Shown here in pieces: positions 42,913 to 51,167 of a stretch of 64,000 nt of DNA (positions within the stretch are counted from its first letter, which is position 1; every line of letters begins with the position of its first letter). The notes beneath the pieces are model-generated. The model saw nothing but the letters and a program-made list of their open reading frames with translations. It did no database searches and was not told the DNA's origin. The stretch spans positions 13,304 through 77,303 of the forward strand of contig JAEEQE010000009.1 of the NCBI GenBank assembly GCA_016285145.1, written 5' to 3'. The position numbers and the translations under genes are program-made. This DNA is from Bacteroidales bacterium (GTDB lineage Bacteria > Bacteroidota > Bacteroidia > Bacteroidales > WCHB1-69).

Positions 42913-44022
42913 CTAACGATTCTCTTTTTCCAAAACATAATCCTTGATTTTCAAATACAGCAGATAGGCCCCGTAGCTGGAATGATGCTGCCAGTCCTGG
43001 AAAACACCGGCAACATCCGACAAGTCGGATGCATCCACGTATGGGCAGCCTTCCGTATCCAAGATGTGTCGAATCTGATTGTAAACCATGTTGAAATGAT
43101 GGATTTCTTCTGGATGCAATTCAGAAAACGCTTTGTGGTTATAGGGTCCAATGACAAATGTTATATCCACTTTGTGCTGGCGGCACAATGCAACCATGGT
43201 ATTCAATTCATCGTAGCGGTAGCGGGCGCTTGTATCCACTTGGAAATGATATGTGCGCAAATGGCTGGTGTCCGACATGTTGTACGTGAAACAATAGTTG
43301 GCGCTGTCAATCCGGCCGAAATGGGGATAGCTGTTTAAAGTCCTGAAAACAGGAAATTTGTTTAGATTTTTTTCAAAATCCGATGAGGTTATTGCAAACC
43401 ACAAGTCCTGTTTGTATTTCCTTTGTGCGCGATTGAATGCAAATTCCAGCCAGTCCACGGCAGTTGTCCAGAAACTCCCCGTTTTGTTGGCCTGCAAAAT
43501 GGCATCCACTTCTGCATTATGCGGACGGTTGGCTTTACGGTAAACGGAATAGGACAGATATCGGTGAAAATATTCCCGGTTGTTTTTACTGAACTGGGTA
43601 GTCCAATAAATGGGATTGATGTAATAGATGATTTTTACATTCTCCACATTGGCATTGCCTTGGATAAGAGGGAAATAGGTACAAGCCGTCCGGCCCGCCC
43701 CGGCAATGACGGAAAAACGGATGGTAAGGTCCGTGTCAGAATTGAGGAAATCGTGGTAATTGCCGCCCTTTTTTAGTTTGTTCGTTTCCGAAGTCCCCAG
43801 TACCAGATATCCGTTATTTTGCTTGATGCTATTTAAAAAAGGATCAAGATAAAGCCTGTTGTTGTCGCGAAGGTCCTGATGGCGGATTGTGTACAACTGT
43901 TCCCCCGTCGTTTTCACATGAAAGGAGGGTATGCTCCATGCCACTATCAGCCAGAAAACGAGTGTTCCTATTGATACGGTGCCAATCCAGGCCAGTGTTT
44001 TCAAACGGTAAAGTGTTTTCAT
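42913..44022 (-). CDS. Membrane-anchored DltD-like/SGNH-like accessory protein of the adjacent MBOAT
   Basis: N-terminal TM anchor and the LVLGTSE serine motif reminiscent of DltD. 4-nt overlap with the MBOAT gene. Confidence 0.5.
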   Translation of the reverse strand: MKTLYRLKTLAWIGTVSIGTLVFWLIVAWSIPSFHVKTTGEQLYTIRHQDLRDNNRLYLDPFLNSIKQNNGYLVLGTSETNKLKKGGNYHDFLNSDTDLTIRFSVIAGAGRTACTYFPLIQGNANVENVKIIYYINPIYWTTQFSKNNREYFHRYLSYSVYRKANRPHNAEVDAILQANKTGSFWTTAVDWLEFAFNRAQRKYKQDLWFAITSSDFEKNLNKFPVFRTLNSYPHFGRIDSANYCFTYNMSDTSHLRTYHFQVDTSARYRYDELNTMVALCRQHKVDITFVIGPYNHKAFSELHPEEIHHFNMVYNQIRHILDTEGCPYVDASDLSDVAGVFQDWQHHSSYGAYLLYLKIKDYVLEKENR

Positions 44023-45215
44023 CCGAGCAACATTTTAAGCATTATCAGCAATTTGTCCATTGGATAGTTGAAGAATATCCATCCCACGGTCACAAAGGCG
44101 AATGTGAGGAGGATGCCAGCCAGGTGGTTGGCCCGTGTGGGCTTCGGCGGCCATTTGGATACGAATATCTTATAGATGGAAAGGCCTACGCCGTGCCATA
44201 ACCCCCATAGCACAAAGTTGAGAGTGCTGCCATGCCAAAGGCCGCACACGAGAAAGGTGACCATATAGGCCGTCACCGATACGGTCATCCGGTATTTCCG
44301 CAAGGACAGGCGATTCAGAAAGGCGATCACCGGTTTGAAAACGTAGGTCTTCAGGAAGGAGGAGAATGTGATATGCCAGCGTTTCCAAAACTCCGCTATG
44401 TTGGCGGCGAGGTAGGGGTTGTTGAAGTTCTCCGGCGTGCGCACGCCCATCATGTAGGCCATGCCGATGGCCGTGTCGCAATAGCCGGAAAAGTCGATGT
44501 AAACATAGGCAGAGTAGAGCACTGCGGCGCACGTTACGGCACACCAGGACCCCATATAGGGCATCAGTGTCTGGTAGTCGGTGGCGTAGGGGAGCAGCAG
44601 CGGCACTACCAACAGCGTCTTTACCGCGCCCATGAAGATGCGCCCCACCCCCGCTAACAGCATCCGCTTGTTGAGACGCACCCGGGTATGTGTCAGCCAA
44701 TAGTGGAAATTGTTGAACGTGTCGATGGGGCCGGCGGTGAACGTGGGGAAGAAGAAAAGATAGTTGATGAAGGTGAGGATGTTATGGCTTCGGAGCGTCT
44801 GCCGGCGGCACTCCACTATCCAGTGTACCATACGGAAGAGGATATAGGAGAGGCCTATCTTTTCTACCGACAGGAAGTGCTTGCCTAAGGTGTCCGTCCA
44901 CCATGCGCCCATCCACGACTGCACTAACGGGTATTGGCGGATGGAGAAGAGAATCACAAGCAGTATTAAAATCAAGGCCAGCAGCCATTTTTGTTGTTTT
45001 TTGTGCAGCAGCCATCCGGCACCATACACTATCAAGGAGAGCAGGAAAAGCAGTAACAGCGATTTGTAGGAAACTATTCCGCTTAAAATGAACACATTGC
45101 CCGCAAGAAGCAGCACGTTGTCCAACCAGTCCCGCTTAAAGATCCACTTGCACGCGACAAACACTCCCACAAAGAGCAGGATTTTCAAGGCGATATGTAA
45201 ACTGGTGAAAAGCAT
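44019..45215 (-). CDS. MBOAT family O-acyltransferase (AlgI/DltB-like), copy 1
   Basis: Polytopic protein with FWKRWHITFSSFLKTYVF and the conserved His in GLWHG. Confidence 0.8.
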   Translation of the reverse strand: MLFTSLHIALKILLFVGVFVACKWIFKRDWLDNVLLLAGNVFILSGIVSYKSLLLLFLLSLIVYGAGWLLHKKQQKWLLALILILLVILFSIRQYPLVQSWMGAWWTDTLGKHFLSVEKIGLSYILFRMVHWIVECRRQTLRSHNILTFINYLFFFPTFTAGPIDTFNNFHYWLTHTRVRLNKRMLLAGVGRIFMGAVKTLLVVPLLLPYATDYQTLMPYMGSWCAVTCAAVLYSAYVYIDFSGYCDTAIGMAYMMGVRTPENFNNPYLAANIAEFWKRWHITFSSFLKTYVFKPVIAFLNRLSLRKYRMTVSVTAYMVTFLVCGLWHGSTLNFVLWGLWHGVGLSIYKIFVSKWPPKPTRANHLAGILLTFAFVTVGWIFFNYPMDKLLIMLKMLLG

Positions 45216-45224
45216 GGGGTTATA

Positions 45225-45407
45225 CTACTCTGCTACCCGAATGGAGAAATCTCCTGAAATTTGGACAAAAGAGGTTAGGGCAATAAAACGTTCACCCGCA
45301 ACCAATCCCACATGAAAACCCTTGAACGGGTAACCGATAGTCGTTTTCCGGGCAGGAAGACAGAATATAATCGATAATAAAACAACAAACGACAGACACT
45401 TTTTCAT
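45225..45407 (-). pseudogene. Possible truncated paralog of the neighbouring beta-barrel OMP (signal peptide plus first strand only)
   Basis: MKKCLSFVVLLSIIFC..GYPFKGFHVGLVAG resembles MKTTHIIPTLFFLCLL..NYPNGFHLGLVQA of ORF 45447..46232. The similarity covers only ~12 aa. Confidence 0.3.
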
Positions 45408-45446
45408 GATGCAGAATTATAAAATCATAAAACTCAATAAAATGTG

Positions 45447-46232
45447 TTACCTCGAGTTGACGAAGGCCGTGCGCTGCTCCTTGGTGCGGAAACAGTGGAT
45501 ATATCCAAACTCCAACCCTATGAGGTTGTGGCGGTAGCTGAGGGTGCCACCCGCGTTACCCTCATTCTGGAATTGGTAATATCCATGCAGCTTGTCGCGG
45601 AACGCGATATTGGTGGAAACACCGAAACGGAGCAGATCATTGTAAGGCAATCGATAGTATATTCCCATGCTTATCAACATGTCAACATTAAAACGCTCAT
45701 ACTCTCTCATGTTTATGTAGAGAGAAGTTCCATTGTTTAATCCTCCATAAATAATGTTGCCGAACTGTGGGTAAAACACATATGCGTTTTTCAAATTGAC
45801 ACCCAAGGATCCATAAAACAATACGCTTTTTGATACAGGATAGTGGAATTCAAATTTGATCGGTATAAAGAAATCAGCAAGGCGTGTAGATTTAAGCGGC
45901 CATCTGTTATTTTCATGTGGATTTCCGTCAGCATCATATTCTTTTAGGTTGTATTGAAGACATGAACCATAATCCAAGCCAATAGAGACCCCGAAATATC
46001 TGGCAAAGTGATAGGAAAACTCTATGCCGATTTTCCCTCCAAAAGTCGGTTCTGATTTCAGGGCACTGAGGCTGGTTCCATCGGGTATCACGCTCATGGC
46101 GGGTGCAACACTCACGGCCTGCACCAGACCAAGGTGGAATCCGTTGGGATAGTTGGGGCGGATTTCCTGAGCATTTGCACTTATTAAAAGACAAAGAAAA
46201 AAGAGTGTTGGGATAATGTGTGTGGTTTTCAT
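45447..46232 (-). CDS. Outer-membrane beta-barrel protein
   Basis: Signal peptide ending ANAQ, alternating hydrophobic strands and aromatic-rich strands such as GLEFGYIHCF near the C-terminus. Confidence 0.65.
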   Translation of the reverse strand: MKTTHIIPTLFFLCLLISANAQEIRPNYPNGFHLGLVQAVSVAPAMSVIPDGTSLSALKSEPTFGGKIGIEFSYHFARYFGVSIGLDYGSCLQYNLKEYDADGNPHENNRWPLKSTRLADFFIPIKFEFHYPVSKSVLFYGSLGVNLKNAYVFYPQFGNIIYGGLNNGTSLYINMREYERFNVDMLISMGIYYRLPYNDLLRFGVSTNIAFRDKLHGYYQFQNEGNAGGTLSYRHNLIGLEFGYIHCFRTKEQRTAFVNSR

Positions 46233-46331
46233 ATTTAGTTGTTTTAATAAAAAATATAAGAGATGTCTGTTTATAAATGTTTGTGAAAAGAACTAACCTC
46301 TTTGAGACCGAAGGGTTGTCTTTTTCTGCTC

Positions 46332-46339
46332 CAAAAATA
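46332..46339 (-). promoter_or_regulatory. -7 promoter box (TATTTTTG on minus strand) for the OMP gene
   Basis: Exact TAnnTTTG, 100 nt upstream of ATG 46232. Confidence 0.45.
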
Positions 46340-46390
46340 ACACATTCCCACGCGCAGATTCCGCCGTCAAAGGCCGAAGGGGTGGAAATG

Positions 46391-46432
46391 TGACGAAACG
46401 GCTAAAAATGAGAGAATAAATGAGAGAATAAA
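46391..46432. repeat. Regulatory-region repeat R1 (TGACGAAACGGCTAAAAATGAGAGAATAAA) plus tandem extra TGAGAGAATAAA
   Basis: 28/30 identical to R2 at 46517..46546. The 12-mer TGAGAGAATAAA is duplicated in tandem (46409-46420 and 46421-46432). Confidence 0.85.
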
Positions 46433-46470
46433 TTTTGCTATATGTAATTGTTAATCACTGTTTTATGGTC

Positions 46471-46497
46471 TTTTGAAAATTCCAGAAATTTTCAAAA
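46471..46497. promoter_or_regulatory. Perfect 11-bp inverted repeat TTTTGAAAATT-ccaga-AATTTTCAAAA
   Basis: Read directly. It lies between repeats R1 and R2, upstream of the LytTR gene. Confidence 0.6.
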
Positions 46498-46503
46498 AAC
46501 CGA

Positions 46504-46546
46504 TTTCGTCACATTATGACGAAACGGCCCAAAATGAGAGAATAAA
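46504..46546. repeat. Repeat R2 preceded by 8-bp palindrome TTTCGTCA-catta-TGACGAAA
   Basis: The right arm of the palindrome is the start of R2 (46517..46546). It ends 5 nt before the -7 box. Confidence 0.85.
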
Positions 46547-46550
46547 ATCG

Positions 46551-46558
46551 TATTTTTG
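46551..46558 (+). promoter_or_regulatory. -7 promoter box (TATTTTTG) for the LytTR regulator gene
   Basis: Exact TAnnTTTG, 22 nt upstream of ATG 46580. Confidence 0.55.
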
Positions 46559-46579
46559 CGGGTGAAAAAGCAGGAAAAA

Positions 46580-47599
46580 ATGAAGAAAAAAGAAGCAATC
46601 CGGATTTCCCTTGGGGTAGTGATACAACTTGTTTTTTGCGGTATAATGCTATTCGCTTTTCACCAGGTATCCTTGATGCGTCCAGTGGCCTACCCGTGCT
46701 TGTACAAGGAGTACCTGTGCGCCATCATGGTGCTGGCAGCCATGCTGGTGAATGAGAAGCTCTGGTTTCCCTTGTTCTATGCCAAGAATGAAGCTTGGAA
46801 GTATGTGATTTTCAGTTTATTAACAACCTTGTTGGCGGCAGCGGGCGAAATAGCCCTTGTGTACCCGCAATCGTATGCAAATCTGTTGTGGACGAGGACG
46901 CCGGTAACAAAGTTTTTCCTTGTGTACAGCTGTATCTGTATCTTTCTACGGGATGCAGGTTTTATGCTCTTTTCCTTTACAATATGTGCGCTTCGCGAGG
47001 CACACCGTCTCAAGGAAATCTCTGAAACGCTCCTGTATAAGGAGAACATGCAGATAGAGGTGATAGAAGAAAAAGGCCAGCATCAGCTGGTCAAGACTTC
47101 GGATATCGCCTGCTGCAATCAGAATGGCAATTTCACTAATGTGTATCTTAAGGATGGAAAGAAGTATTACCGTTACGGGTCTCTTTCCCAGTTGCAGAAT
47201 ATGCTTGCCACGGAAGATATCGTGCCCATATCCCGCAATTGCTTTGTGTCGCGTCATGCAGTGGCGGAATTTAGCAAAAAGAATGTCGAATTGCGAGGGG
47301 ACGGCGGATGGTGTATGCAACTTCCCATTTCGGATGCTTATCGTGAAAGTGCGATTCCTTTGTTGCAGGGAAAGACCAAACAGACGGAATGGGAACAGCC
47401 GCGAAACGAGAAGACCTACAAGGCCATTTACGACTACATTGCCACTCATCCGCGCTGTTCGGCGCAGGACATCCAGAAACAGACGGGGTTGGCTCCGAGC
47501 AGCGTTTACCGCTACATCCGCCTGCTGAAGGAGGACGGCCTCATCGACCGTGAAGGCTCCAACAAGGCGGGCGGGTATTATGCACATTCCGCTGTTTGA
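46580..47599 (+). CDS. Membrane-bound LytTR-domain DNA-binding protein with additional C-terminal winged-helix domain
   Basis: About four or five N-terminal TM helices. LytTR core LVKTSDIACCNQNGNFTNVYLKDGKKYYRYGSLSQLQNML..IVPISRNCFVSRHAV. C-terminal wHTH YDYIATHPRCSAQDIQKQTGLAPSSVYRYIRLLKEDGLIDREG. Confidence 0.7.
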   Translation: MKKKEAIRISLGVVIQLVFCGIMLFAFHQVSLMRPVAYPCLYKEYLCAIMVLAAMLVNEKLWFPLFYAKNEAWKYVIFSLLTTLLAAAGEIALVYPQSYANLLWTRTPVTKFFLVYSCICIFLRDAGFMLFSFTICALREAHRLKEISETLLYKENMQIEVIEEKGQHQLVKTSDIACCNQNGNFTNVYLKDGKKYYRYGSLSQLQNMLATEDIVPISRNCFVSRHAVAEFSKKNVELRGDGGWCMQLPISDAYRESAIPLLQGKTKQTEWEQPRNEKTYKAIYDYIATHPRCSAQDIQKQTGLAPSSVYRYIRLLKEDGLIDREGSNKAGGYYAHSAV

Positions 47600-47640
47600 A
47601 AAACGGTTGGGCACCCTGCCGTATCCCCACGGAAAACCTA

Positions 47641-47648
47641 TATCTTTG
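47641..47648 (+). promoter_or_regulatory. -7 promoter box (TATCTTTG) for ddl
   Basis: Exact TAnnTTTG, 26 nt upstream of ATG 47674. Confidence 0.55.
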
Positions 47649-47673
47649 CCCAATTTGAAATTATTGTATTATT

Positions 47674-48687
47674 ATGTATAATATAGCTCTTATTGCCGGC
47701 GGGGATTCCGGCGAATATGAAATATCCCTCAAGACAGCTGACAACATCTTCAACCAGTTGGACAGGAACCTGTTCAATCCCTATCTGATCCATTTCAAGG
47801 GGGCGGACTGGCACTACACCGATGCCGACGGGCGCGTGTGGCAGGTGGACAAGAACGACTTCACGCTGGCCCTTCCCGACGGGAAGGTGACCTTCGATGC
47901 GGCCTTCATCGCCATCCATGGCACACCCGGTGAGAACGGACGGCTACAGGCCTATTTCGAGCTGGTGGGACTGCCTTACACAGGCTGCGGCGTCTTCTGC
48001 TCTGCCTTGACCTTCAACAAGTACTACTGCAATTTAGCGGTGGCCGACCTCGGCATCCCCATCTCGCCGTCGCTGCATTTCTACGTGAACGACCCGATAG
48101 ACTTTGACCGCATCGAAGCGGTGTGCAGTTACCCGTGCTTCGTGAAGGCCTGCAACTCGGGCTCCAGCGTCGGCGTGACGAAAGTGCATAACCGTGAGGA
48201 GCTGACTGGCGCGTTCGCAGAGGCGTTCAAGTACGACAACCAGCTGATGGTGGAGAAGTTCGTGCGCGGGCGCGAGTTCACCTGCGGTGTGACCTCCGTA
48301 TATGGCAAGGTGCAGGTGCTGGCTGTCACCGAGGTGGTGGCCTCCAACGAATTCTACGATTACAACGCCAAATACACCGCCGTGGGACACAAACTCATCA
48401 CTCCCGCCGTCATCGACGATGACAAGACCGCCCTCATGAGCGACTACGCTGCCCGTATTTTCCGCAACCTTGACTGCCACGGCGTGGTGCGGGTGGACTT
48501 CATCCTCTCCGAAACCGACGGCATCCCCTACTTCTTGGAGGTGAATACAATTCCCGGCCAGACAGCGATGAGCATCGTGCCGGGACAAGTGGAATACAAT
48601 AAATTGGATATTAAGGAGTTTTATACGAAGATGGTGATGGAAGCGTTTGAACTCAGGAAGTTGCATCTGGAGATGGGGAGGAAATAA
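47674..48687 (+). CDS. ddl: D-alanine--D-alanine ligase
   Basis: IALIAGGDSGEYEISL, HGTPGENG.LQ and the ATP-grasp C-terminal VRVDFIL..DG.PYFLEVNTIPG. Confidence 0.9.
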   Translation: MYNIALIAGGDSGEYEISLKTADNIFNQLDRNLFNPYLIHFKGADWHYTDADGRVWQVDKNDFTLALPDGKVTFDAAFIAIHGTPGENGRLQAYFELVGLPYTGCGVFCSALTFNKYYCNLAVADLGIPISPSLHFYVNDPIDFDRIEAVCSYPCFVKACNSGSSVGVTKVHNREELTGAFAEAFKYDNQLMVEKFVRGREFTCGVTSVYGKVQVLAVTEVVASNEFYDYNAKYTAVGHKLITPAVIDDDKTALMSDYAARIFRNLDCHGVVRVDFILSETDGIPYFLEVNTIPGQTAMSIVPGQVEYNKLDIKEFYTKMVMEAFELRKLHLEMGRK

Positions 48688-48728
48688 TTGACAATTAATG
48701 ATTAACAGTTAATAATTAATAATTGATT
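48684..48728. repeat. AT-rich heptad-repeat element, copy 3
   Basis: ATAATTGACAATTAATGATTAACAGTTAATAATTAATAATTGATT. It overlaps the ddl stop codon and abuts the next gene's start. Confidence 0.85.
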
Positions 48729-49816
48729 TGGTGAGAAAAATATTCTGTATCGGATGTCTGCTTGTGATGGCAGGGCTGGTTCCCAATCATGTGCTTGCCC
48801 AATACACCGAGGCTGACATTCGGGATTATATTGTGAAATACCAGCATGTGGCCATGGATAAGATGCGTGAGTATCGCATTCCGGCCAGCATCACACTGGC
48901 GCAGGGCATTTTCGAGAGCGCCTGCGGCATGAGCCGGTTGGCCACAGATGGCAACAACCATTTCGGCATCAAGTGCCACGAAGACTGGATGGGCGACACC
49001 ATCCTCATCGACGATGACGAGCTTCAGGAGTGCTTCCGCAAATACGAGGATGTGGCCGGTTCCTATAACGACCATTCGAAGTTTCTGACGACCCGCAAGC
49101 GCTATGCCAACCTCTTCCAGCTTGACATTCTGGATTACCGTGCCTGGGCCCGCACGCTCAAGGCCGACGGCTACGCCACCAACCCGCAGTACGCCGACCG
49201 TCTGATCAGCCTGATCGAACGTTTCAACATTGCCCGGTTGGACACTATGTGCATGAGAGGGGAGGCCGGACAGGAGGTGGCGGAAAACCCGTACGGGAAT
49301 GGCGGGAAACCGGTGGATAACGGCAGCACAATCCCGTCTGTTATCCCCACAAAACCCAATCAGCCGGTGAAACCTGCTACGCCGGACAAGCCCGTCACGG
49401 TGCCGCCTGCCAAAACGGCGATCAAGGTGTTCACGGCCATCGGCAGCGAGTATCCCGCCGGAGCCAGCCCTTTCAGCTACCGCAAGGTTTTTGAGAACAA
49501 CCACACCTATTTCATCATAGCCCAGAAGGATGACACATACGAGAAGATTGCCGGTGACGTGCAGGTGGCCGCAGTGAGCTTGCGGAAGTTCAACGACGTG
49601 CTTGATCCTCATTCGCAGCCGGTGGAGAACGAGATCGTCTATATCGAGACCAAGGCGAAGACGCATAATAACAAGGTTCACATCGTGCAGGCGGGTGAGA
49701 CGCTGCGTTACATCGCCCAGCGCTACGGCGTGCAGCTGCACTACATCTTCAAGTATAATTCGTTGGATGAGAATTCCATCATCCATCCCGGTGACCAGAT
49801 ATTGTTAAAACATTAA
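48728..49816 (+). CDS. Glucosaminidase (GH73-like) domain plus two LysM domains, peptidoglycan hydrolase, copy 1
   Basis: IPASITLAQGIFESACG..NNHFGIKC is the glucosaminidase motif. C-terminal LysM repeats (YFIIAQKDDTYEKIAGD; HIVQAGETLRYIAQRYGV). The start must be TTG 48728 or GTG 48731, because no ATG precedes the signal peptide. Confidence 0.8.
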   Translation: MVRKIFCIGCLLVMAGLVPNHVLAQYTEADIRDYIVKYQHVAMDKMREYRIPASITLAQGIFESACGMSRLATDGNNHFGIKCHEDWMGDTILIDDDELQECFRKYEDVAGSYNDHSKFLTTRKRYANLFQLDILDYRAWARTLKADGYATNPQYADRLISLIERFNIARLDTMCMRGEAGQEVAENPYGNGGKPVDNGSTIPSVIPTKPNQPVKPATPDKPVTVPPAKTAIKVFTAIGSEYPAGASPFSYRKVFENNHTYFIIAQKDDTYEKIAGDVQVAAVSLRKFNDVLDPHSQPVENEIVYIETKAKTHNNKVHIVQAGETLRYIAQRYGVQLHYIFKYNSLDENSIIHPGDQILLKH

Positions 49817-49829
49817 ATACAATACGATT

Positions 49830-51134
49830 ATGAAACGAATTCTGATTTTGAGCATCCTCCTGTTCGGCATGGCCGCCACTTATGCCCAATACACGTTGGA
49901 AGACCAGATTTACGATTATATAGATGAGTATAAGGATTTGGCTATGAGGGAGATGGAGCAGTATAAGGTGCCCGCCAGTATCACATTGGCCCAGGCTATC
50001 TATGCTTCCAAATGTGGCACCAACCGCATTGCCAAAGAGGCGCACAATCATTTCGGCATCATGTGTCACACGAAAGAGTGGACTGGCCCTACCTTTTACG
50101 AGACGGAGAACCACAGCAGCGAGTACTGCTTCCGGAAATACGCCACGGTGGAGGAATCCTATCGCGACCATTCGCTGTTCCTGTCACAGCGCAGCCGTTA
50201 TATCAAACTCTTCTATCTGCCCATCACCGACTACAAATCTTGGGCCTACGGCTTGAAAGAGGCCGGTTATTCCGGCAATCCGCGCTATGCCGACACGTTG
50301 ATTTCCATTATAGAGAAATATTATCTGATGCATTATGACCGCAAGGTGGCCCAACGGATAGGCGACACGGCGGCGTTGGCATCTGCAGCTACACCCAAAA
50401 CCAGTCCTATTACGTCTAACAGCGCCTCTCAAACTCCGGTCACAAAGCCTGTGGAGAAACCTGAGCCCAAGCCTGCCCAACCTGAAACAGTGGCCACTGT
50501 TCCTGAGAAACCGGCGGAGTCCCAGCCGGCGACGCCTGTACAAACGGAACCCGCCAAGACCACCCCGGAAAAGCCGGCGGCCACGAAGACGGAACCCGCC
50601 CCAAAACCAAAAGCCGACACGATGGAGGTGAATGGCATTCAGGTTATTGTCAACAAGTCGGAGAAACCCAAACAGCCCAAAGCGGACACCATCGTACGGA
50701 AGGTCCCGGAGCCGGAGCCGGAAAAAGTGCAGGGCAAGAATGTGTTTGTTCTCAACCCCTATGCCGTGCCGTACAAATCGGCATATTACCCTTATACGAG
50801 CCGTCCTGTGTATGAGAACAACAAAACCAAGTTCCTCATTGCGCGGAAGGGTGACACCTACAAGTCGTTAGCCACATCCATGCAGATGTCCGAAAAGAAT
50901 CTTCGTTTGTATAACGATGTGTATGACGATTCGGAGCCCATAGAAGATGAGGTGATTTATTTGGAGATGAAGAGCACCAAATCGCCGGAGGAGTACCACA
51001 CGCTACAGAAGGGCGACACGTATCGTTATATCGCGCAGAAATATGGTGTGCAGTTGAAAATCATCATCAAGCGGAACAGTGGTGCCATCAGCAGCTATGG
51101 CATCGGCGACCGCATTTGCATCGGATGCAAATAG
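49830..51134 (+). CDS. Glucosaminidase plus LysM peptidoglycan hydrolase, copy 2, with Pro/Thr/Lys/Glu-rich linker
   Basis: VPASITLAQAIYASKCG..HNHFGIMC. Low-complexity linker about 50395-50740. Two LysM repeats (FLIARKGDTYKSLA; HTLQKGDTYRYIAQKYGV). Confidence 0.8.
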   Translation: MKRILILSILLFGMAATYAQYTLEDQIYDYIDEYKDLAMREMEQYKVPASITLAQAIYASKCGTNRIAKEAHNHFGIMCHTKEWTGPTFYETENHSSEYCFRKYATVEESYRDHSLFLSQRSRYIKLFYLPITDYKSWAYGLKEAGYSGNPRYADTLISIIEKYYLMHYDRKVAQRIGDTAALASAATPKTSPITSNSASQTPVTKPVEKPEPKPAQPETVATVPEKPAESQPATPVQTEPAKTTPEKPAATKTEPAPKPKADTMEVNGIQVIVNKSEKPKQPKADTIVRKVPEPEPEKVQGKNVFVLNPYAVPYKSAYYPYTSRPVYENNKTKFLIARKGDTYKSLATSMQMSEKNLRLYNDVYDDSEPIEDEVIYLEMKSTKSPEEYHTLQKGDTYRYIAQKYGVQLKIIIKRNSGAISSYGIGDRICIGCK

Positions 51135-51167
51135 AGATGTCTTAATAAAAGTGTATTAATCAAGCAA

